NCBI GenBank assembly: GCA_965140585.1
Contig: OZ223270.1
Location: 480,001-544,000, forward strand
Direction: 5' to 3'
Origin: Spirochaetia bacterium
Lineage (GTDB): Bacteria; Spirochaetota; Spirochaetia; UBA9216
DNA length: 64,000 bases
A model generated the notes under the pieces. That model saw only the letters and a list, made by a program, of their open reading frames with translations. It ran no database searches and was not told the DNA's origin. A program made the translations under genes and the position numbers. Positions 1 through 6,910 of the stretch are shown here, in pieces (the stretch's first letter is position 1; every line of letters starts with the position of its first letter).

Positions 1-541
1 CCCCGGCATAGGGCCCGATATAACGCACATAGGCTACCGTCATATCCTCAACATTTTCTACTCTGACATTTCTGCCTTCTACTTTCATTCGGTTCCTCCG
101 TTCATCAATAATCTTATGATCAAGATGATACGGCTTTGAGCCTGCCCCAGCTTCACAATCCTTGCCCAGCGTTTGTTCAATCTTGCTGTCTATTTTGCAA
201 TCCTTGCTGAGCAGACTTAAACGCCAGTCTGTTGCTGACTGCCCGTAATGATCACGGAAGCTTCTTGCAAAAACTGATGATGAACTGAAACCGCAGTCCA
301 GTGCAATTTCAGTGATATTTTTCTCTGTACCGGCAAGCATCCGGGCAGCCTTTTCCAGCCTCAGTCTTTTAATAAAAACATTAAGAGGCTCCCCCATGAA
401 GGCTGTGAATATCCTGTGGAAATGATAAGGTGAAAACAAAGCGACAGCCGCCAGTTGCTCAAGCTTCAGCTCCTCATCGAGGTGTGAATCTATATAGTCT
501 ATTACTCTGTTTATACGTTGTATGTAATCCTTACTGCTCAC
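1..541 (-). CDS. AraC-family transcriptional regulator with C-terminal GyrI-like domain (runs off the left edge)
   Basis: Not in the ORF track. Manual minus-strand translation from GTG at 541 gives MSSKDYIQRINRVIDYIDSHLDEELKLEQLAAVALFSPYHFHRIF, and the edge reads VRVENVEDMTVAYVRYIGPYAG in the same frame; typical AraC HTH plus GyrI start. Confidence 0.9.
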   Translation of the reverse strand, partial: MSSKDYIQRINRVIDYIDSHLDEELKLEQLAAVALFSPYHFHRIFTAFMGEPLNVFIKRLRLEKAARMLAGTEKNITEIALDCGFSSSSVFARSFRDHYGQSATDWRLSLLSKDCKIDSKIEQTLGKDCEAGAGSKPYHLDHKIIDERRNRMKVEGRNVRVENVEDMTVAYVRYIGPYAG

Positions 542-932
542 AGCGCTCCAGCCACTTTTTCACTTTTTCCCTGAACTCTCCGATTAAAAGTTCGAAATCA
601 GGCTCTTCTGTTCCAGCCCAACGGAACTCAACATGTTCATCAGAAAGGTTAATATCGAAATTTTCTGTACTGCATTTATAAATAATTCCGGTGATGTGCC
701 AGTTATCAAGAAAGACATTCCAGGTATCAACAAGAACCTCCGGGACAATTTTCATTCCGGTCTCTTCAAATACTTCCCGTATTACTGCCTGTTCGGCTGT
801 CTCTCCGAATTCAAGATGTCCGCCCGGTAATTCCCAGACCGTGTTCCGTTCGGTATTGCGCCGAAGAATCAGAACATGGCCGTCAGGATCCTGAATTAAT
901 GCTTTAATTGAAAAAGTTATTCTCCTTCCCAA
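531..932 (-). CDS. NUDIX hydrolase
   Basis: Nudix box GGHLEFGETAEQAVIREVFEETG. Start placed at TTG 932 behind AGGAG (the ORF track starts at 983). Confidence 0.9.
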   Translation of the reverse strand: MGRRITFSIKALIQDPDGHVLILRRNTERNTVWELPGGHLEFGETAEQAVIREVFEETGMKIVPEVLVDTWNVFLDNWHITGIIYKCSTENFDINLSDEHVEFRWAGTEEPDFELLIGEFREKVKKWLERCEQ

Positions 933-1003
933 AACGTTTTTCTCCTGATTTTTTCTGGTTAAACAGTGTATCAGCAGATTCAAGATTTGAAAACTTTTAT
1001 TGA

Positions 1004-1699
1004 TTAGAAAGCGAAACTGCCTCCGATGCCGCAGGCTATTCCGCGCATCATCAGATAAGCATCGGCTGACTCAATCGTTTTAGCAGCGGTAAGTCCCGTT
1101 GAAGGTCCAGTAAGATAGGATGCAGTCAATGTAAGCGGATTATAAATATCCCTGTACTCTGCAAACAGATTAACAGTTACCTGTTTAATCTTTATACCAA
1201 GCGATCCTCCGGCAAGCCATCCGTAACCGAAGGGTGCACTGGCCGAAAACTCGGTAAAGCCGGCGTATTCATCCGCCGCCGCAACATCGTCTGCAGCCCA
1301 GCCTTCAAGCGGTGTAAGGGTAGCATTCCAGCTTCCGGCGCCTCCGCCGAATGCCTTAAGAACAACCGGGCCCATTTCTACTTTAAGCTGCAGCTTGATA
1401 TATGCCAGGAAGTTATCGGCAATAAACCAGGGCTTTGAAGGCGATACCGCATTCCCGTCGACGGAAGCGCCCTCCACCATATAACCGTGAAATTTACAGT
1501 AATCAAAACCTACCGGAATTTCAAGAAACTTTCCAAGCCCCAAAGAGGTACTTAGACCTGAGGTTAATGCTACAGCTCCATCATCATACAGGTACAGACT
1601 TTCCGGCACAAATACCGAAATCTTGGTTCCCGCTTCCTCAGCAAAAACAGTACCGCCCAGAATAAGAACCGAAAAAACTAAAACAGTAATTTTTTTCAT
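1004..1699 (-). CDS. Secreted protein, probable small outer-membrane beta-barrel
   Basis: Signal peptide MKKITVLVFSVLILGGTVFA, amphipathic strands, terminal GIGGSFAF (C-terminal Phe), AGGAG RBS. Confidence 0.65.
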   Translation of the reverse strand: MKKITVLVFSVLILGGTVFAEEAGTKISVFVPESLYLYDDGAVALTSGLSTSLGLGKFLEIPVGFDYCKFHGYMVEGASVDGNAVSPSKPWFIADNFLAYIKLQLKVEMGPVVLKAFGGGAGSWNATLTPLEGWAADDVAAADEYAGFTEFSASAPFGYGWLAGGSLGIKIKQVTVNLFAEYRDIYNPLTLTASYLTGPSTGLTAAKTIESADAYLMMRGIACGIGGSFAF

Positions 1700-1775
1700 A
1701 AATTTTCTCCTACAGTAACCTAAGTATAGTTAACCGTAGAAGCAAAGCAAGCGGTAAAATACGCATTTAGAAACC

Positions 1776-1818
1776 TGTGGATAACCTGTGGATAAATTAT
1801 GGAAATACATGTGAATAA
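1776..1818. promoter_or_regulatory. Cluster of DnaA boxes remote from dnaA
   Basis: TGTGGATAA at 1776-1784 and 1787-1795, TGTGAATAA at 1810-1818 (reverse complements of TTATCCACA/TTATTCACA). Confidence 0.75.
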
Positions 1819-1957
1819 AATTCTTCAAAATACAGTACCAAAGCCTCGAGGCTCTTATCAAACCTTGTAAATATTGAAGGCATATTGGAGAGAGCCGAAG
1901 GCTCGAATCAACGAGCCGCCTGAGAAGTCTTTCTAATATGCCTTTGGTATAAAAAAA

Positions 1958-2059
1958 CGCCGCCAAGCTTACTGCGGCTCAGTAAAACACCACTGACCGC
2001 TGCTTCCTTCCGGACCTGACGGGGTTGGGTAGTGCATACTAGCACAGGGCCTGACGGCG
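1958..2059 (-). ncRNA. ffs: Signal recognition particle RNA (4.5S, small bacterial type)
   Basis: Core TCAGGTCCGGAAGGAAGCAGC; complementary ends CGCCG..CGGCG followed by a T run. Confidence 0.95.
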
Positions 2060-2065
2060 AATAAA

Positions 2066-2150
2066 CGGAGAGAGGGGGATTCGAACCCCCGGTACCTTTC
2101 GATACACACGCTTTCCAAGCGTGCGCCTTCGACCGCTCGGCCATCTCTCC
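2066..2150 (-). tRNA. tRNA-Ser(GGA)
   Basis: GGAGAGA acceptor stem, loop TT-GGA-AA, long variable arm, GTTCGAATC; CCA not encoded. Confidence 0.96.
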
Positions 2151-2187
2151 AGATGTGAAATATTGATGTTTCTCCGAGTCCTAGCTT

Positions 2188-2274
2188 CGGAGAGAGAGGG
2201 ATTCGAACCCTCGGTACAGCAAGCTGTACAACGGCTTTCGAGGCCGCCCGATTCAACCACTCTCGCATCTCTCC
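2188..2274 (-). tRNA. tRNA-Ser(CGA)
   Basis: Anticodon arm GCGGC-CT-CGA-AA-GCCGT, long variable arm, T-loop. Confidence 0.96.
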
Positions 2275-2388
2275 CAGATGACTGCAAAAAACTCTGCATA
2301 TCACTGTGGTTGAGTTTTTTAGGAAAACTATGTTTTCATAAAAAATCTCAAAAAACAAAATTATTCCGTCAGGAATAATTTTGTTTAG

Positions 2389-2462
2389 TATACCCAAGAG
2401 GACTCGAACCTCCGACCTTTAGGTCCGCAACCTAACGCTCTATCCAGCTGAGCTATGGGTAC
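2389..2462 (-). tRNA. tRNA-Arg(GCG)
   Basis: GTACCCATAGCTCAGCTGGATAGAGCG, anticodon arm TTAGG-TT-GCG-GA-CCTAA, GTTCGAGTC. Confidence 0.95.
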
Positions 2463-2557
2463 ATGGGAATAAGAAATCTGAGATTTCTTATTCTGAAATA
2501 TTCAACAAAGTCGAATACTTCATGATTTATATTTAACTGATTTAACAGTAAAAAAAA

Positions 2558-2644
2558 CGGAGAGGGAGGGATTCGAACCCTCGGTACCGTTACCAGTACA
2601 ACTCCTTAGCAGGGAGCCCGATTCAACCACTCTCGCACCTCTCC
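2558..2644 (-). tRNA. tRNA-Ser(GCT)
   Basis: Anticodon arm GCTCC-CT-GCT-AA-GGAGT, long variable arm. Confidence 0.96.
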
Positions 2645-2673
2645 GAATGAAACCAGCCCTTGCGGGCAAAATA

Positions 2674-2758
2674 CGGAGAAGGTGGGATTCGAACCCACGG
2701 AACCTTGCGGCTCAACGGTTTTCAAGACCGCCTCCTTCGACCACTCGGACACCTCTCC
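2674..2758 (-). tRNA. tRNA-Ser(TGA)
   Basis: Anticodon arm GCGGT-CT-TGA-AA-ACCGT, long variable arm. Confidence 0.96.
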
Positions 2759-2784
2759 ATATTACAATAATTGTCGTGGGGTCT

Positions 2785-2813
2785 AATATATGAATCAATG
2801 GCAGTTTTGTCAA
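2785..2813 (-). promoter_or_regulatory. Sigma70 promoter of the tRNA/SRP operon
   Basis: TTGACA-N17-TATATT on the minus strand, followed by a GC-rich discriminator-like AGACCCC. Confidence 0.75.
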
Positions 2814-2993
2814 TATTGATAAAGGTAAAAACAATAGGATACAGAAATTATAAGCCTAAACTATAATTCATTTTGAACACGAAAATCCGGAAAGAAAATA
2901 TTAGACGTTTTTTACAGCTAACCTAAAACAATGTTATAATATGAAGCCTATCCAATATAATAATCAGAATTTTATAATAAACAGGAGAAAAAA

Positions 2994-3575
2994 ATGAGTA
3001 GAATTAAAAAATTATTTTTTGTAGGCATGCTGATAGTAATATTGGCATCATGTGAACAGATGGTAGCAATCCCATGGTTAATGAATCCTGAAATTGTTGA
3101 TACTGTTACTATTTATAATACTGTCGTATACAACCTTGATGATATCAGCTTATTTAGAATCGATTACGATTCCGAATTTGCCCAAACCGTCGATACAACA
3201 ATTAATTTATCCTCAGAAGAAAGTTTAATCCCATTTGAATATACTGTATCTGTTAACTATTCAGATATTGAAGCAATAAATATTACCCAGCAAGATAAAT
3301 GCTATACAGATGATGATGGAAATTATGCTTGGAGCATAAGTGCAGATGTTAGTTATGAGAAAAGCGATAGCTATTATCAACAGGAACTAATAGAAGAGCA
3401 CGATGTTAAAGGCTCATTTATGGTACATATAAACTTAACATCCCTTCAGGAATCTTGTTATTCAGCATTAGCAGGAGATCAATATATTATTTATATACCA
3501 GTTATTTTTACCGTAGATTGTGCAGGTATTATTGAGGAACAGGAGGTCTTTTGCCAAATTCCGTTAACTTATTAA
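2994..3575 (+). CDS. Hypothetical acidic lipoprotein
   Basis: Lipobox-like ILAS-C after a basic/hydrophobic leader; AGGAG RBS; no family recognised. Confidence 0.7.
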   Translation: MSRIKKLFFVGMLIVILASCEQMVAIPWLMNPEIVDTVTIYNTVVYNLDDISLFRIDYDSEFAQTVDTTINLSSEESLIPFEYTVSVNYSDIEAINITQQDKCYTDDDGNYAWSISADVSYEKSDSYYQQELIEEHDVKGSFMVHINLTSLQESCYSALAGDQYIIYIPVIFTVDCAGIIEEQEVFCQIPLTY

Positions 3576-3618
3576 TTTTAAATCAATAAAAATTCAGACA
3601 CGTTAAAAATTGAAAATT

Positions 3619-4497
3619 CTAATCGGTAAAAAGATCGAAGAGTCGTTCAAGATCTTCCATAGAATAATATGATATTTCGATCTTTCCCTGATTAAGGCTT
3701 CCGTTAATATTTATCTTGGTTCCGAGCCTGTCAATCAGTTTCTCTTTTATAACTTCCAGTTCAGGAATTCTTTTTGCAGTTCCGGAAGCCTTTGACTTTG
3801 ATGACTTCTTTCCAGATTCAGTGGCTCTCTGTCCTGCAAGTTTTTCAGCTTCTCTAACAGATAAACCTTCATCAAGTATTTTTTTGTGAAGTTCCGACAT
3901 CTGCTTTGAAGTGTTCATCGAAAGGATCGCCCGTGCATGTCCGGCAGATACTGTTCCCTGAACCAGGGAATTCTGCACTTCTTCCGGAAGCTTCAGAAGT
4001 CTCAGGCTGTTGGCTACAGTTGAACGCTTTTTCCCGACCTTCTCTGCAAGTTCTTCCTGATTGAGATTTTCTATATCCATCAGCTCTTTATATGCTATGG
4101 CCTCTTCAATCGGGTTCAGATCTTCACGCTGAATATTTTCAATCAGGGCAATTTCAAGTTTTTCATTGTTAGTATAATTTCTCTCAATTACAGGCATCTC
4201 TTTCAAACCGGCAATCTTTGAAGCACGGTAGCGTCTCTCACCTGCAATAATGATGAACCTGTCACCTGACTTTTCAACTATGATAGGCTGAATAACACCC
4301 TTGTCTTTAATAGAAACCGCTAACTCACTTAGGGCTTCCTCATCGAAGCTTTTTCTCGGCTGATCAGGATTTGGGATTATACTTTCTATAGAAACAATAG
4401 TAATTCCGGAGGATGAGTTTACAGATGAGTCAACACTTTCATCTGCTCCGCCCATAAGGGCACTTAAGCCGCTTCCGAGTGCAGGGCGCTTAGACAC
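3619..4497 (-). CDS. parB: Chromosome partitioning protein ParB/Spo0J
   Basis: PNPDQPRK, CTPase motif IIAGERRYRA, ENIQREDLNPIEEA, HTH region. Confidence 0.97.
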   Translation of the reverse strand: MSKRPALGSGLSALMGGADESVDSSVNSSSGITIVSIESIIPNPDQPRKSFDEEALSELAVSIKDKGVIQPIIVEKSGDRFIIIAGERRYRASKIAGLKEMPVIERNYTNNEKLEIALIENIQREDLNPIEEAIAYKELMDIENLNQEELAEKVGKKRSTVANSLRLLKLPEEVQNSLVQGTVSAGHARAILSMNTSKQMSELHKKILDEGLSVREAEKLAGQRATESGKKSSKSKASGTAKRIPELEVIKEKLIDRLGTKININGSLNQGKIEISYYSMEDLERLFDLFTD

Positions 4498-5248
4498 GAT
4501 CCATCACCTCCGCAGCAAGTTTTTCATAGCTTCGGGCACCAATACATGTCTTGTCATATAAGTTTACAGGAACGCCATGAGAAGGAGCTTCCGACAATCT
4601 TACATTTCTAGGGATTATGGTTCTGAACACCTTATCCTTGAAATAACCGGAAACCTCCTGGACTACTTCATTTGCAAGCCTTGTCCTGGAGTCGTACATT
4701 GTAAACAGGATACCGTCTATACTGAGATTTTTATTAAGTCCCTTCTGAACAGACTTAACAGTCTGAAGAAGAAGGCTGAGTCCTTCCAACGCAAAATATT
4801 CACACTGCAGAGGAATGATTACCGAATCCGCAGCAGCAAGCCCGTTAAGGGTAAGAACGCCGAGGGATGGAGGACAGTCAATAAAAACATAATCGTAATT
4901 GTTTTTAATTTTTGAAAGGCTGTTTTTAAGATAATACTCGCGATTCTCAAGGTTGATAAGCTCTACATTTGCACCGGTAAGATTTATATTGGAAGACAAT
5001 ATTTCCATATTATCCATCGCAGTTTTCTGAAGAGCTTCTTCAGGAGTTTTTTTACCAACTATAACTTCATATATACCGGCTTCATTTCTATCGGCCCCGA
5101 CACAACTCGAAAGATTGCCCTGCGGATCAAAATCAACAAGCAGAACTTTTTTCCCGGCTTCAGCAACATAGGCTCCCAGATTTGCGGCGGTTGTAGTTTT
5201 ACCTACTCCTCCCTTCTGGTTCGCGAATACAACAGTCTTTCCTTTCAT
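4490..5248 (-). CDS. parA: Chromosome partitioning ATPase ParA/Soj
   Basis: Deviant Walker A NQKGGVGKTTT, DFDPQGN, IDCPPSLG; overlaps parB. Confidence 0.97.
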   Translation of the reverse strand: MKGKTVVFANQKGGVGKTTTAANLGAYVAEAGKKVLLVDFDPQGNLSSCVGADRNEAGIYEVIVGKKTPEEALQKTAMDNMEILSSNINLTGANVELINLENREYYLKNSLSKIKNNYDYVFIDCPPSLGVLTLNGLAAADSVIIPLQCEYFALEGLSLLLQTVKSVQKGLNKNLSIDGILFTMYDSRTRLANEVVQEVSGYFKDKVFRTIIPRNVRLSEAPSHGVPVNLYDKTCIGARSYEKLAAEVMDRV

Positions 5249-5368
5249 GCAAAGTATTTTATACTGTATTGTTATTTTTGGTAAGAGGCAAAAAACTTTT
5301 CATCCTAAAAACAGCTATTATTGACGATCGCTTATCGTAATAGTAATATTAAACCAAGGAGTTCTCAG

Positions 5369-5590
5369 ATGAAAGAAGCAGTTAGTGCGGCATTAGAGGA
5401 TGTCAGACCGTCTCTCCAGGCAGACGGAGGCGACATTGAACTTGTCGATGTATCTGAAGACGGAGTTGTCTCTGTACAGCTCAAGGGAGCCTGTAACGGC
5501 TGTCCTATGTCTAAAATGACCCTTAAGCAGGGTGTTGAAAGGTATCTAAAAGAACAGGTACCCGGAGTAAAAGAAGTAGTAGAAGCCTGA
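5369..5590 (+). CDS. NifU/Nfu-domain Fe-S cluster carrier
   Basis: VRPSLQADGGDIELV and GACNGCP (CxxC); ATG 5369 behind AGGAG; promoter TTGACG-N17-TAATAT at 5321-5349. Confidence 0.93.
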   Translation: MKEAVSAALEDVRPSLQADGGDIELVDVSEDGVVSVQLKGACNGCPMSKMTLKQGVERYLKEQVPGVKEVVEA

Positions 5591-5596
5591 AGTCAT

Positions 5597-5628
5597 GGGC
5601 TGACTCATTCCGAGTCAGCTCTTTTTTT
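5597..5628 (+). terminator. Rho-independent terminator
   Basis: GGGCTGACTC-attcc-GAGTCAGCTC followed by a T run. Confidence 0.8.
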
Positions 5629-5760
5629 CTTTGTAAAAAACCAACAATCGATATATATTTAGAAAGATAGCTGTTATTTCCTATTTTTCTTAACTTTTAA
5701 TGGAAATCAGCCGTAAATTAGAGAGATCTATGATTATTATTCTGTAAACGGGGAAGCATA

Positions 5761-6810
5761 GTGAATTCCGGAAATAACAGCTTTATTCAACTGATAAAAG
5801 AGATCCCAAAGGCAGAAATTCATCTTCATCTTGAAGGTCTGGTGAGTGCTGACAGCATTTGGAACCTTATCCAGGACAATAACCTTGACCTTGAGGGAAT
5901 AAAAAAAAGAGAAGACTTAATTGAAAAATTTAAGGTTAAAAGTCTCGATGAGTTTATCGCACTGTTTATTAATGTAATACAATCCAGTTTTGTGAAAAAC
6001 CAGGATGTCGCATACCTTATAAATGATGCCAAGGAATATCTTACAAGAAACAACATTAAGTATGCAGAAATATTTTTTGCAGTAACCAAATTTATTCAGA
6101 CGGGTTTTTCATTTCCTTTTATGATGGATATTCTGGAAGCCGGGTCAAGAAAACTCTATGAAGAGTCCGGCATAACTGTCAAATGGCTGATTGATGTTTC
6201 CAGGACATTTGGACCGGAGAACGCCGAGAACAATCTGAATCTTGTTCTTGAAAACAGAAAACCAAGTGTAATCGGTATAGGCCTTGGAGGGGCGGAATCA
6301 TCCGGACCGGCAGAGGATTACAGCGAGGTATTCAAAAAAGCTGAAGCTGAAGGCTTAAAAGTAGTTGCCCATGCCGGTGAGGATATAGGGCCCGAATCAA
6401 TTACAGCAGCCCTCGATTACCTTAATGCAGCAAGAATTGGTCATGGAATAAGTGCAATTCAGGATGAAGCCCTTATGAACAGACTGGTTAAGGAACAGAT
6501 TCCTCTTGAAATATGTCCAACAAGTAATCTTTTCACTAGAAAATTTGTGGAAAAAATTAAGGATCATCCTATAAAAGCTTTTTTTGATAAAGGAATCTAT
6601 GTAACTCTTAATTCAGATGACCCTACTCTTTTTAACTCTGAACTTACAAATGAATATATAATGCTTTATAAAGAAGGTATTTTTGCCGAAAAAGAAATCT
6701 TAAAAATAATGAAAAACAATATTTTTTCCATTTTTGCTGAAGAGTCAGTAAAGAAACATCTCTGGTCTGAGGCGGAAAAGGTTATTTCCAAATACGGTTT
6801 CACGGAATAA
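5761..6810 (+). CDS. add: Adenosine/adenine deaminase family protein
   Basis: PKAEIHLHLEG, AHAGE, RIGHG, EICPTSN, NSDDP motifs. Confidence 0.9.
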   Translation: MNSGNNSFIQLIKEIPKAEIHLHLEGLVSADSIWNLIQDNNLDLEGIKKREDLIEKFKVKSLDEFIALFINVIQSSFVKNQDVAYLINDAKEYLTRNNIKYAEIFFAVTKFIQTGFSFPFMMDILEAGSRKLYEESGITVKWLIDVSRTFGPENAENNLNLVLENRKPSVIGIGLGGAESSGPAEDYSEVFKKAEAEGLKVVAHAGEDIGPESITAALDYLNAARIGHGISAIQDEALMNRLVKEQIPLEICPTSNLFTRKFVEKIKDHPIKAFFDKGIYVTLNSDDPTLFNSELTNEYIMLYKEGIFAEKEILKIMKNNIFSIFAEESVKKHLWSEAEKVISKYGFTE

Positions 6811-6826
6811 TGTTTCACGTGAAACA
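6811..6826. promoter_or_regulatory. parS: parS centromere site
   Basis: Perfect palindrome TGTTTCACGTGAAACA, matching the chromosomal parS consensus. Confidence 0.93.
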
Positions 6827-6868
6827 AAAAAAGGCTGACAAGAAATAATTCTTAGTCAGCCTTTTTTA
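6826..6868. terminator. Bidirectional terminator between add and gyrA
   Basis: A run-GGCTGAC...GTCAGCC-T run between convergent genes. Confidence 0.8.
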
Positions 6869-6910
6869 TATTCTTTTCAAATAAATACCGGGTTTCACCG
6901 GCATCCATTA

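Noticed and set aside
1908-2397. Several 78-142 aa ORFs in the track over the RNA cluster
   Set aside because: They overlap clear tRNA and SRP RNA genes and are shadow ORFs.
5660-5760. Possible purine riboswitch in the add leader (contains CCGTAAA)
   Set aside because: The GTTTCTAC junction and the P1-P3 stems are absent; only one loop-like word matches.
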